64,000 bases of DNA from Minisyncoccia bacterium. GTDB taxonomy: Bacteria; Patescibacteriota; Minisyncoccia; Phycocordibacterales; JAACPR01. Below the pieces are notes generated by a model, which did not search any database, was not told the DNA's origin, and saw nothing but the letters and a program-made list of their open reading frames with translations. Where the stretch lies: contig JBGSLH010000008.1 of assembly GCA_041740795.1 (NCBI GenBank), forward strand, positions 15,860 to 79,859, given 5' to 3'. Position 1 is the stretch's first letter, and each line of letters starts with the position of its first letter. Made by a program: the position numbers and the translations under genes. Of the stretch, positions 17,675-27,965 are shown in pieces.

Positions 17675-18823
17675 TTGATGAATAAAACAGAAATAATTTC
17701 TAAGCATTTTTCTAACATCGAAGGAGTGTTATTTGGAAAAAAAGAAATAGGAAAAAGTTTATGGGATCTATGGTATCACCCAACTATAAGATTTTTATGG
17801 CAGCAAGATTTTGATGAAAATAATGAAGTTTGGTATAGGGAAGTAGATTTATTGCAACTGGCAAAAGATGATTTATTTTTAGATATAAGGAAAAGTATGT
17901 CTTTTGTTGTGCAACAAGAATTAACTAAAATAGACGAGCTCGATCAAGATAATTCAAAGAGCAATTACTACTCCATCTTAGTACGTATATTTGATTTGGA
18001 AGATGAAACAGATGAGAATGTATGTTTATTTCTTGATCAAATTTTTCAGAATGAATTTAAAAAAAATGAGAATGACCCACTTTTACTCTGTATTTACGGA
18101 GGATATCAGCAATGGTTGTTAAGAAGGATGGGGAAGAAAGCAAAAGCTGATCAAACAGACTTCTCAAGTGTTCCTTGGAACAGAATTATTTTACCCAAAA
18201 ATTATAAATTTGCTCTGGAATATTATGAGAAAGCACTTTCTTTCGACCCTGATAATTATGTAATTTTAGGACTTATCGGGTATGATTTAGGATTTCATTT
18301 AAACCACGAGCAACACGAAGACGCTATAAAACTTTATGATAAATCTTTAGGAATTAATCCAGAAAATAAATACATACTTTTTTACAAGGCTAAGTGGCAT
18401 AAAGAACACAATGAGAAAGAAGAAGAAATTAATTGTTACATTCGTATTTTAAAGATTGATCCTGATAATCTTGTAATCTGTAAATTGCTGGCTGAAACTC
18501 TTCTTTCAGTGAACAATAAAATAGATGCCTTCAAATATTATGAAATAATAATTTCTAATCTTGAAATCCAGAAACAATTTTTAGCGTTGCATCCTGAGAT
18601 ACTTTTAGATATTTGGCCATTATTGAAGGAGTTTAATAGGAAAGACCAATCACAAATTTATTTCGATTATTGGCTTTCTTCAAAAGGAATTGATTTGTTG
18701 TTTAATTCGACTAAATTGGCACCCTTGTATTCAAAAAATAAGATAGAGAATATTCAGAATATTATTTTAAAGTTAAATGAGCAAAAAGTAGATTTTTTAG
18801 ATTTCAAAAACAACATGTTATAA
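17675..18823 (+). CDS. TPR-repeat protein
   Basis: Repeated A..Y..AL..DP.N TPR-like units. Very AT-rich codon usage. Confidence 0.5.
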   Translation: MMNKTEIISKHFSNIEGVLFGKKEIGKSLWDLWYHPTIRFLWQQDFDENNEVWYREVDLLQLAKDDLFLDIRKSMSFVVQQELTKIDELDQDNSKSNYYSILVRIFDLEDETDENVCLFLDQIFQNEFKKNENDPLLLCIYGGYQQWLLRRMGKKAKADQTDFSSVPWNRIILPKNYKFALEYYEKALSFDPDNYVILGLIGYDLGFHLNHEQHEDAIKLYDKSLGINPENKYILFYKAKWHKEHNEKEEEINCYIRILKIDPDNLVICKLLAETLLSVNNKIDAFKYYEIIISNLEIQKQFLALHPEILLDIWPLLKEFNRKDQSQIYFDYWLSSKGIDLLFNSTKLAPLYSKNKIENIQNIILKLNEQKVDFLDFKNNML

Positions 18824-18887
18824 TGAACATTATTATGTAATTAGAATGCTCTAATTGTGTTGCTTTGTTTTAATATATAATTTATAT

Positions 18888-19079
18888 ATGAAAAAATATC
18901 ATTCAATTAAAAACATGACCACGTCGGATTGGGGTAAGGCTGCTTTGACTGGTTTATTAGCAGGTCTTGTTCCTCGTTATGACATAGGAGAAATTTGGAT
19001 TGTACTTCTTAACACTGCAACACTATTGGGACTCATGTCTCTTTTTATTTGGATTTACAGGAAAATTAAAAAGATATAA
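18888..19079 (+). CDS. small hypothetical membrane protein
   Basis: Two hydrophobic helices. Start taken at MKKYHS inside track ORF 18855..19079. Confidence 0.3.
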   Translation: MKKYHSIKNMTTSDWGKAALTGLLAGLVPRYDIGEIWIVLLNTATLLGLMSLFIWIYRKIKKI

Positions 19080-19139
19080 AGCTATTTCATCTGCTTTAGT
19101 CATATAGAGTTTCACTACAAAATATTCCATAATTGGAAT

Positions 19140-20450
19140 ATGAATGAAAAAAATAAATATTGTATATATGCACGTAAATCAATGGAAGCTGAAGAACGTC
19201 AGGCAATTTCTATTGACTCACAATTAAATGAAATGAAGAATATTGTTGAACGTGAAAGCTTATCAGTTGTGGAAATAAAATCAGAATCTCACTCTGCAAA
19301 GTATTCTGGAGCCAGACCAATCTTTGCAGAAATGATGAATGATATAGAAGAGGAAAAATACAATTCTATACTTACTTGGAATCCAGATAGATTAAGTCGT
19401 AATGCAGGCGATCTTGGTTTATTAGTCGATCTAATGGATAAGGGTAAATTATTAGAGATAAGGACTTATGGACAAGTCTTTAGTAATTCACCAAATGATA
19501 AGTTCTTATTGATGATTTTGTGCTCTCAGGCAAAGCTAGAAAATGATAATAAAGGTATAAATGTTAAAAGAGGATTAAGGACTAAGGCAGAAATGGGCCA
19601 GTGGCCGTGCTCATGTGCTCCTATAGGGTATTTAAAATCAAATAAGGTAAATGAGGGTGGAATTGTATTTGTTGATGAAAAAAGAGCTAAGATAATTAGA
19701 AAATCTTTTAGAAAAATCGCTTATGAGAATATCTCAATTTATGACTTAGTTAAGTGGCTAAAAGAAATAAACTTTATTCATCACACAGGTAAACATGTTG
19801 GTTACAGTATCACTCAAGCAATGATACATAATCATTTTTATTACGGTAGATTTGAATTCCCTAAGAAATCTGGGATTTGGTATAAAGGAGCTCATAAACC
19901 GATTATTACCAAAAAACTATTTAATGATGCACAAGAAGCAATTGCACAGTGTGAAAGAAAAAAGAAATATAGATTATCCAAGACAGCACCTTTTGCTTTT
20001 TTGAAAATGATTCGTTGTGGTAATTGTGGGTCAATTATATCTGCACAGGAGAAATATAAAATATTAAAAGGTAAAGGAGGAGAAGTTGTGTATAGGTATT
20101 ATACTTGCAGTCGTAGCAGAAATAGAGATTGTAGAGAAAGAATTATTAATGAAGAAACTCTTATGAAGGAGTTGTATAAAATTCTCGATAAGGTCGAAAT
20201 TGATTTAATAGGAATGAAAGACTTTTTAGATTCAGAGATAGAAAGATTTTATAAAATTCAATCTTTCATTGATAAAAAAGAACATAAGAAAAGGAATAAT
20301 CATAAAAAAGAATATGATTTGCGAAAGTACGCAAAAACTATTTTTCAAGAGGGTCGAATAGATGAAAAAAGGGAGATACTGAAAAATCTAAAAGGTAGAT
20401 TAATTTTAAAAGATAAGAGGGTATATTTAGACAAAGTTCCAGATATTTAG
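19140..20450 (+). CDS. large serine recombinase (resolvase/invertase N-terminal domain + recombinase domain + zinc ribbon)
   Basis: Catalytic Ser region YARKS, the ILTWNPDRLSRNAGDLG and KFLLMILCSQAKLENDNKGINVKRGLR motifs, a C-terminal CGNCGS...C..SR zinc ribbon and a coiled coil. Confidence 0.85.
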   Translation: MNEKNKYCIYARKSMEAEERQAISIDSQLNEMKNIVERESLSVVEIKSESHSAKYSGARPIFAEMMNDIEEEKYNSILTWNPDRLSRNAGDLGLLVDLMDKGKLLEIRTYGQVFSNSPNDKFLLMILCSQAKLENDNKGINVKRGLRTKAEMGQWPCSCAPIGYLKSNKVNEGGIVFVDEKRAKIIRKSFRKIAYENISIYDLVKWLKEINFIHHTGKHVGYSITQAMIHNHFYYGRFEFPKKSGIWYKGAHKPIITKKLFNDAQEAIAQCERKKKYRLSKTAPFAFLKMIRCGNCGSIISAQEKYKILKGKGGEVVYRYYTCSRSRNRDCRERIINEETLMKELYKILDKVEIDLIGMKDFLDSEIERFYKIQSFIDKKEHKKRNNHKKEYDLRKYAKTIFQEGRIDEKREILKNLKGRLILKDKRVYLDKVPDI

Positions 20451-20493
20451 ACTGTAGATTGTGTTGTAGTATAAAACAACAAATAGTGTTAGG

Positions 20494-20709
20494 ATGAGTA
20501 TTATGAAAGAAGATACTAGAAAACTTGGTGATAATCTTAAAACAATTAGGATTAAAAAGAATATTACTCAAATTGAGATAGCTAAGAAATTAGGGAAAGA
20601 TCGTTCTTTTGTTAGTAATATCGAAAACGCAAAAACCAACCCAACTCTTTCAACTATTACTAATCTTGCTAAGGTTTTAGGTGTTTCAGCTAATGAATTA
20701 TTAAAATAA
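20494..20709 (+). CDS. XRE/Cro-type HTH regulator
   Basis: A 71-aa HTH_3 protein. Its stop is 1 nt before the start of the 1629-aa gene. Confidence 0.7.
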   Translation: MSIMKEDTRKLGDNLKTIRIKKNITQIEIAKKLGKDRSFVSNIENAKTNPTLSTITNLAKVLGVSANELLK

Positions 20710-20710
20710 T

Positions 20711-23700
20711 ATGCAAAAAGGAATAGACAATGGTATAAAACTATTTGAATATTTAGAAAAACTATCTCTGCTTAATACTAATATAAGAAGTAATGTAAAG
20801 AATTTATCTAAGGAAGAAGAAGAATTTAATTTAGAAGATAAAAACTTTTTGCCTATATTAGATAAAGTGTTTCTGAAAAATAGAGATTTAGAATTAGAAA
20901 AACCAGAAGATTTATTTTTATCAATTGAAAGATATAAAATTGAAAAACCTCCAAAATTGCCGAAAGAACTTGAAAAATGGATTGATTTTGAATCTATCAG
21001 TTTTATTAAACCAGAACCTAGAGAATTTTTGGTTTCGGTAGAGAAATTTAGTGATAATTCAGAAAGAGAAAATGCTTTTGAATCAATTGACTTAAATTCA
21101 AAAAAAGTCGATCCGATAATTAAAGATTGGGTTACAAAAACAGATAATGACACCTATGAAATGATCATAGAGAAGCCCAATAAAGCTTATTTTAAAGATT
21201 ATCCTGAATTACATAAATTATATAAAGATTGGATTGAATTAAAATGGGAGAAATGGAAAGAAAAAAATAATGAATATTTTATATCAAATCAAGCATATGA
21301 TAGATTTTATTCTCTTAGGTCTTTCTTAAAAACCGAATCAGATAGCTATGATCTTCTGTGGGCACATGATATTTTGACTTGGAAAAAAAACAGTAAAGAG
21401 GTTTATCATCCTACTATATTTACCCCTGTTGTTTTGGAGTTTGATCCTGATAGAAATATAATATCAATAAAAACAGAACAAAATTCAAAGACATTTTTTG
21501 ATGTTTCTTTTGTAAGAGAATCTATGGATGAAAATAGTACAAATCTAGCAGATATTGATTCTTTAGCTGAAAGAATCAATAAGAAAATTATTGAGGGAGA
21601 TTTTAATGTTTGGGATTATAAGATGATACATAAATACCTACAACAATTAGTTCATTATATATCCCCAGATGGTGAGTCTAGATATAAGGATAGAGGTTTA
21701 GATATACAGGTAACTGCACACCCGATTTCATTCAATAGTCATCATTTATTTTTACTGAAAAAAAGCGGAAAAAGTTGGGCAGATTATGCAAAAAAAATAC
21801 AAGAAGATATCGCTAAGAATAAAAAATTGACTCCCTTTTTAGAGGATCTAATTTTTGATGATGAGAAAAAAATAGACGAAACAGATAAAGAAGTCGAAAA
21901 AAACGATTCTGGTTCAGATGAAATAACAGATGGAGAACTTTATTTTCCTTTACCATATAATGATGAACAAAAAAGAATTGCAAATCAAATTGAATCAAAT
22001 TATGGTTCAGTTGTACAAGGTCCTCCTGGAACTGGAAAAACTCATACAATTGCAAACTTGATATCAAGATTTCTTGCATTAGGTAAAACTGTATTAGTTA
22101 CATCTCAAACAGGACAAGCTCTCTCTGTTTTGAAAAATAAGATCCCAAGTGAAATAAGAAGCATGGTTGTTTCTCAAGTCGAGTCTGATTCTAGAAATAA
22201 TGACTTGCAATCTTCTGTATCAGAAATAAATACAATGTTGTCAGACAATATTAGATTTACTGATGATAAAAGAGAAAAAGTAGAAAAAGATGTTCAGATC
22301 GTGAGAGAAAAAATTGCTCAAAAAAATAATGAATTTGAAAAAAAATCTTTATTAGATTCGAGAGAAGAAAAAACGATTGAATCTGAAAAGTTTTCTCCTA
22401 TTACTGCTGCAAAATATGTAACCTCATTTATTAATAATGATAAATTTAAAATCTTAGATGAAATAAATCACAATAGGGAATTACCAGTCTCTCAGTTACA
22501 GATTGATAATTACATATCAATATTAAGAAATTCAGATAATGAAATTTGGGATTTTGTAAAATTGGATACAATCCCTACGTTAGAACATCTTCCAAGAATT
22601 GAAACTTTAGAGAGGTTGTTTGAACTGAAGAATGATTTAGATAAGGCAGAAATTAAATTATTTAAAGAATATGTGCCAGATATAGAAGAATTAGAAAAAC
22701 TTAATGACGTTGAGCAGTATATAGAGGAATATAATTTAAATCTAGAAAAAAGTAAATCGTTTAAAGATTTTTTGAAAGAGACAGAGTTCTTTAAAAGAAA
22801 TGAAATTACAGAAGATGAAATTTTTGATAAAAAAAAAGAAGATATTATTTTTGAGATTCATGATTTATTAAAAAAAACAAAAGAGACATTGATGTCATTT
22901 GGCGAGGAATATGAAAAAGAGCTTTTTAATATTATAAAAAGTGATGGACAAAGAAGAAAATGGGAAACTGCCATATCTAAAATAAAAGAAATGCTTAGTA
23001 TGTACGAGGAATTTGATAGTCTTGTGTTAGGTAAAAAGATAGAGGTTTCTAAAGACTATAATGTTAATTTTGTTTTAACTTTAGATATTATTTCAAAACT
23101 ATCTGAACAAGCAGTAAATAATGGAGATAGAGTAAAAAAGGGCATAGGATTATTATTTGATCAGGGTGCAAGAAAAATTATTAAAAATATAAAGATTAAT
23201 AATAAAGAAATAAATACCTATGATGATATGCTGGTATTGAATGCATATTTTTCAAAAATTAAGATAGAAGACGATTTAAGAAATATTTGGGAACAGACTT
23301 TTCAGGTAATGGTTAACAAGAAGACTTTTTCTGATCCATTTAATGTTGTTGATTTTGAAAGTTCTCTGTCTTCTATTGATAGAATTGTTTCTTTTGAAAA
23401 TTTCAATTCCAAACTAAAAAAAGATTTAGAGAATCTCAGCTTATTCGAAGATATTAATATATCTAGCTTACATTTTGTAGAGGAAGCAATTAATATTTTT
23501 AGTAATTTTATATCAGTATTCAGAACTGAAGAATATAGTAATCTTATTGACAGTGTTGCTGAAGATTTAAAAAGAGACAATTCACATCAAAAAACACTGT
23601 TACTTTCAAAGCAAATAAAAGTAATGGATATTGAAAATATAAGGCCTTTAAAAGAGGAATTAAAGGATTTAAACAAGAGAAAAGAATTATCAGTAGAATA

Positions 23701-25600
23701 TTCAAAACTATATGAAGATGTGTTTTCTACTGAAATGAAAAAAATTAAATCTAATAAAAATAATCATAGAGATGTAATATTGTATATTCAAAATATTGAA
23801 GAGGGTAATGCTGAAGATATAAAAAAGTTCTATAAAACAATTCCAGATCTTATTGATAAGCAAAACAAATCTGTAGAAATAAAGTTGATAGAAGATTCTT
23901 TGAAAAATGATATCCCTAAAACCATAGATGAAATTAAAACTTCAATAAAAAAAGATATATTAATTAACTTTGATATAAAAGAAAGTTGGAAGTGTGGAAG
24001 ATTAATCAGTTGGCTTGATGAATTACATTCTGGAAACTCTGTTACTCAAATTAGTAAGGAATTATATATACTAAAAAATCAGGAGAGAGATTTAGTAAAA
24101 AAGTTAGTCGAAGTTTCCTCTTGGATACATCTTAAGAAAAGAGTTACTAAAAAACAGAAGGAGGCTTTGGCATCATTCGCGCTGAGTATGAAAAAATATG
24201 GTAAAGGTATGGGTAAATATGCTTCAAAACACCTTAAGGATGCTAAGGATGCTCTTGAAATAGGAAAAGACGCTGTCCCTGTTTGGATTATGCCAATTAA
24301 CACAATTCATCAGCTATTTCCGAATCCTGAATCTGGAATGTTTGATATTGTTATTTTTGATGAGGCTAGTCAGGTAGATACGAGAGGTTTAAATATCGCA
24401 TACATAGGTGAAAAACTTCTTGTAGTTGGAGATGATGAGCAGGTTAGTCCAACGTCTTTTACAACACAAAGTAAGGTTACAGATTTGATAACACGATACA
24501 TATCTGACGTACCAAATAGCCATCATTTCTCTAATACCTCTAGTCTTTTTGATATTTCTAAAATAAAAATGACTGACATTATAACTCTGACAGAGCACTT
24601 TAGATCTATAGAAGAAATAATTGGTTTTAGTAATGCATTATCCTATAACGGTAAATTGAAAGTCTTAAGAGATCAGCTTCCTGAATATAGATTAGACCCT
24701 GTCTTAGAGCCTATTTTTGTAGATAATGGCTTTGAAGAAACTAATGCTCAGGTCAATAAACCAGAAGCTGAAGCAATAGTAAGTAAATTAAAGGAAATGC
24801 TTCAGGATGAGAAATATAATGAAACAGATGAAGATGGTAAAACAAGACCAATGACTTTCGGTGTTATTTCTTTGCTTGGTAAAGAACAATCCAAACTTAT
24901 AATGAAATTAATTAGTGAGAATATCTCCTCTAAAGAAATTGAAAAGAGAGAAATTAATTGTGGAGACCCTTACGTATTTCAAGGGGATGAAAGAGATATT
25001 ATATTGATATCAATGGTTAAGGCGCCATCATTGAGTGATTCAAGTAAAAATATTTCTCCTTATACTGTATCTAAAAAAGAATATAAGCAAAGAGTTAACG
25101 TGGCCATGTCTAGAGCAAAAAATAAAATGGTTCTTTTTCACTCAATACCAAAAGATAAGTTATCTAACCCAGATGATTTAAGAAAGCAAATTTTAGATTG
25201 GTTTTATAATCATAAAACCGAAGAGAGAAAAGCAGGACTTCAAATGATTAGAGAAGAAGTTGAAAGGGGTAGGGCATCAGAATTTGAATACGATGTTGCA
25301 GAAATAATAATCAATAAAGGATATAAAGTAATCCCTCAGTATGAGGTTGCAGGATATAGAATAGATTTAGTTGTTCAAGGAGAAAAATCAAAACTTGCTG
25401 TAGAATGTGATGGAGATAAATATCATAATCAGTTTGATAAATGGCACGAGGATATGGAAAGGCAACAAATTTTAGAAAGATCGGGCTGGACATTTTGGAG
25501 ATTGTCTGGAAGTTCTTTCTATAAACATAAAGAGTTGGCTCTAGATAGTTTGTGGAAAAAGTTGGATGAAATGAACATTAATCCGTCGTTAGGTAATTAA
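20711..25600 (+). CDS. giant SF1 (Upf1/DNA2-like) helicase with C-terminal DUF559/Vsr-like endonuclease domain (Hhe-like architecture)
   Basis: Walker A VVQGPPGTGKTH. A long coiled-coil insertion. Helicase motifs IVIFDEASQV, LLVVGDDEQVSP and FQGDERDIILISMV. The C-terminus GYRIDLVV...LAVECDGDKYH is a DUF559 (restriction-endonuclease-like) signature. The ~400-aa N-terminal region is unassigned. Confidence 0.75.
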   Translation: MQKGIDNGIKLFEYLEKLSLLNTNIRSNVKNLSKEEEEFNLEDKNFLPILDKVFLKNRDLELEKPEDLFLSIERYKIEKPPKLPKELEKWIDFESISFIKPEPREFLVSVEKFSDNSERENAFESIDLNSKKVDPIIKDWVTKTDNDTYEMIIEKPNKAYFKDYPELHKLYKDWIELKWEKWKEKNNEYFISNQAYDRFYSLRSFLKTESDSYDLLWAHDILTWKKNSKEVYHPTIFTPVVLEFDPDRNIISIKTEQNSKTFFDVSFVRESMDENSTNLADIDSLAERINKKIIEGDFNVWDYKMIHKYLQQLVHYISPDGESRYKDRGLDIQVTAHPISFNSHHLFLLKKSGKSWADYAKKIQEDIAKNKKLTPFLEDLIFDDEKKIDETDKEVEKNDSGSDEITDGELYFPLPYNDEQKRIANQIESNYGSVVQGPPGTGKTHTIANLISRFLALGKTVLVTSQTGQALSVLKNKIPSEIRSMVVSQVESDSRNNDLQSSVSEINTMLSDNIRFTDDKREKVEKDVQIVREKIAQKNNEFEKKSLLDSREEKTIESEKFSPITAAKYVTSFINNDKFKILDEINHNRELPVSQLQIDNYISILRNSDNEIWDFVKLDTIPTLEHLPRIETLERLFELKNDLDKAEIKLFKEYVPDIEELEKLNDVEQYIEEYNLNLEKSKSFKDFLKETEFFKRNEITEDEIFDKKKEDIIFEIHDLLKKTKETLMSFGEEYEKELFNIIKSDGQRRKWETAISKIKEMLSMYEEFDSLVLGKKIEVSKDYNVNFVLTLDIISKLSEQAVNNGDRVKKGIGLLFDQGARKIIKNIKINNKEINTYDDMLVLNAYFSKIKIEDDLRNIWEQTFQVMVNKKTFSDPFNVVDFESSLSSIDRIVSFENFNSKLKKDLENLSLFEDINISSLHFVEEAINIFSNFISVFRTEEYSNLIDSVAEDLKRDNSHQKTLLLSKQIKVMDIENIRPLKEELKDLNKRKELSVEYSKLYEDVFSTEMKKIKSNKNNHRDVILYIQNIEEGNAEDIKKFYKTIPDLIDKQNKSVEIKLIEDSLKNDIPKTIDEIKTSIKKDILINFDIKESWKCGRLISWLDELHSGNSVTQISKELYILKNQERDLVKKLVEVSSWIHLKKRVTKKQKEALASFALSMKKYGKGMGKYASKHLKDAKDALEIGKDAVPVWIMPINTIHQLFPNPESGMFDIVIFDEASQVDTRGLNIAYIGEKLLVVGDDEQVSPTSFTTQSKVTDLITRYISDVPNSHHFSNTSSLFDISKIKMTDIITLTEHFRSIEEIIGFSNALSYNGKLKVLRDQLPEYRLDPVLEPIFVDNGFEETNAQVNKPEAEAIVSKLKEMLQDEKYNETDEDGKTRPMTFGVISLLGKEQSKLIMKLISENISSKEIEKREINCGDPYVFQGDERDIILISMVKAPSLSDSSKNISPYTVSKKEYKQRVNVAMSRAKNKMVLFHSIPKDKLSNPDDLRKQILDWFYNHKTEERKAGLQMIREEVERGRASEFEYDVAEIIINKGYKVIPQYEVAGYRIDLVVQGEKSKLAVECDGDKYHNQFDKWHEDMERQQILERSGWTFWRLSGSSFYKHKELALDSLWKKLDEMNINPSLGN

Positions 25601-25609
25601 TATTAAAAC

Positions 25610-26542
25610 ATGTCTTTTTTAAATAAATTAATAAAAATATTAGAACAAAATAATAAAAAAAGTGTTTTAAAAACGAAAACACCTGAAAACCATTCTGGCG
25701 ATATAGGGGTTTTCACTGCTGATAATGATAAAGATTTTAAATTACTACTATCTTTGTATAAGAAAAATAAAGAAGATGAAATTGATATAAAGTTTGTTGT
25801 TAAAACAGAAAGTCCACAAGCGACGGAACACATCTGTCCATATTGTAAGACCGTCCATGAATTTAAGGCTAGTCGAGCAAGAAAATGTCCAAACTGCTCT
25901 AATAAAATGGTTGTTAGACAAGGACTTTTTGTTACAGAAGATCAAGCTGAAAATATAGAAAAAAAGATTAGTGAATTTTATAATAAACAAGGGATTATTA
26001 GTCAGGTAGGATTTTCATTAGAATCCGCACAAGACCATAAGATTAATAAAGATAAGATTTATTACTACCGTTCCTTAGGTGAATCTTTTAGGTTTATGGC
26101 ACAGATAGAAAATAAAAAAGATGAAAAAGGATTTTCTTTTTGGGATAAAGCTTGGGGTTATTATAATAATGCAAGACTTCAAGAGATGAAAACACTAAGA
26201 AAAGACAGAATGGAATTCAGTTCCTTGCCTGATATTTTTTGGGATATGTCTAAAATGTTATTAGACCAAGGTAATCATGAAGATAGTGAAAAATATAAAA
26301 AACAAGCCCTCACACAAGCATGTATGACTATCGGTGAATCAATAAGATTAGGGGCTGAATTATATTTTATTACAGATATATATGAATTCTCAAAAAAAAT
26401 AATAAATGATTTATCTATTGATGAAGAAGAATTTTTGAATATAGCTGAAAAAGCTTCAGAGAGCATGAGATTAAGTGGTTCTGGTCTTTCAAAATATAAT
26501 AAAAAAATCAAAGAATTAAGCGAATATGAGGTTATTCAATAA
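25610..26542 (+). CDS. hypothetical protein with Cys4 zinc ribbon
   Basis: CPYCKT...CPNCSN. Starts 10 nt after the helicase gene. Its 3' end overlaps the recombinase gene on the opposite strand. Confidence 0.45.
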   Translation: MSFLNKLIKILEQNNKKSVLKTKTPENHSGDIGVFTADNDKDFKLLLSLYKKNKEDEIDIKFVVKTESPQATEHICPYCKTVHEFKASRARKCPNCSNKMVVRQGLFVTEDQAENIEKKISEFYNKQGIISQVGFSLESAQDHKINKDKIYYYRSLGESFRFMAQIENKKDEKGFSFWDKAWGYYNNARLQEMKTLRKDRMEFSSLPDIFWDMSKMLLDQGNHEDSEKYKKQALTQACMTIGESIRLGAELYFITDIYEFSKKIINDLSIDEEEFLNIAEKASESMRLSGSGLSKYNKKIKELSEYEVIQ

Positions 26543-27851
26543 TTATTTCTTTGTATTTTAAAATAATCCTGCCATTTAAATATTCAAGTAACTTTCTTTT
26601 TTCTTCTATTTCGCCCTCTTTCAAAATAAACTTAGCATAATCCCTAATATCAACATCTTGAACTTCAATTTCTTGAGTTAATCCCAATAGAGATTGATTA
26701 AATTTCTTTATTCTTTCAACTTCTGATTCTATCTTGCTTTTCATTCCAATTTCATCAATATTGATTTTATCTAAGAGCTTTTCAAATTGTTTGATTAATT
26801 CAACTTCATTGATGTATCCACATTTGCAATTTTTATCTCTTACTTTGGAACATCCGTAATAAATGTGTTTATTAACTGAACCATTTGCAAGTTTCTTAAA
26901 TTTTTCATCGGCAGATATTCCTGAGCCACACAACCCACATGTCATCATTTTGGTAAAGGCAAACTCTTTTGATTCTTGAGTTCGTATTGAGTGACTTTTT
27001 ATCTGTTCCTGAACTTGATTAAATAACTCTTGGGTGATTAAGGGTTCATGTTTTCCTTTGTAGAAGTTTCCACTTTTCTTGGGATATTCAAATACTCCAT
27101 AATAGAAAGGGTTTTGAAGTAGTAGATAGATATTCCCAAGGGCTAATCCTTTATTTCCTTTTGCTGTTTTAAAGTTGAGGTCAAATTTAAGCCAATGGTA
27201 TATTTTTCTTCCTGACCATTTTTCATATGCTACTTTTTCAAACATTTGTTTTACGATATGTGCTCGTTCAGGATCTAAAATAACTTCACACTTTCTATCC
27301 ATTCGTTTTTCATTTAAGTATCCAACTAGGGCAGGGCCAGGCCGTAATCCCATTTCACATCTTGTTCTTAATCCACGTTTTACATTGATACTTTTATTAT
27401 CGTTCTCAAGTTTTGCTTGAGAACAGAGAATCATTAAAAGGAACTTTTCGTTAGGGGAGTTTTGAAATGATTGTCCATATGTTTTTATTTGAATTAATTT
27501 TTTCTCGTCCATTAGGTCGACAACTGAACCAAGGTCACCAGCATTTCTCGATAATCTATCTGGTGCCCAAGTAAGTATCCCATTATATCTATCTCTCCGT
27601 ATGTCTTCTAAAAGTTCTCTAAATACTGGTCGTCCACCTGATTCCTTTGCTGAATGTGATTCTCTTCGAATATCTACAATTTCAAGACCGTCACGCTCTG
27701 CGATTGATAACATCTCCTTAACCTGTGATTCAATTGATAATGCTTGTTTTTCATCGGATTCGGTTGATTTTCTGGCGTAGAGGACATACCTAACCTTTAT
27801 CTGTGGTATCTCTGTCTTCACTCCTAAATTATTTGTATATTGTATTTCCAT
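26532..27851 (-). CDS. large serine recombinase, paralog of 19140..20450
   Basis: It shares long identical peptide blocks with the first recombinase (LTWAPDRLSRNAGDLG; KFLLMILCSQAKLENDNKSINVKRGLRT). Nucleotide identity in these blocks is only ~75 percent. Confidence 0.85.
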   Translation of the reverse strand: MEIQYTNNLGVKTEIPQIKVRYVLYARKSTESDEKQALSIESQVKEMLSIAERDGLEIVDIRRESHSAKESGGRPVFRELLEDIRRDRYNGILTWAPDRLSRNAGDLGSVVDLMDEKKLIQIKTYGQSFQNSPNEKFLLMILCSQAKLENDNKSINVKRGLRTRCEMGLRPGPALVGYLNEKRMDRKCEVILDPERAHIVKQMFEKVAYEKWSGRKIYHWLKFDLNFKTAKGNKGLALGNIYLLLQNPFYYGVFEYPKKSGNFYKGKHEPLITQELFNQVQEQIKSHSIRTQESKEFAFTKMMTCGLCGSGISADEKFKKLANGSVNKHIYYGCSKVRDKNCKCGYINEVELIKQFEKLLDKINIDEIGMKSKIESEVERIKKFNQSLLGLTQEIEVQDVDIRDYAKFILKEGEIEEKRKLLEYLNGRIILKYKEIIIE

Positions 27852-27965
27852 GTATTAATTAATGACGCAATAAGAGCTATTTGCTAAGCTATGCAAAATA
27901 TGAAATATGTAGTCTACTCGTATTGATATTTATAAAGGTATATAAGTTGGTATATAATCAATACT

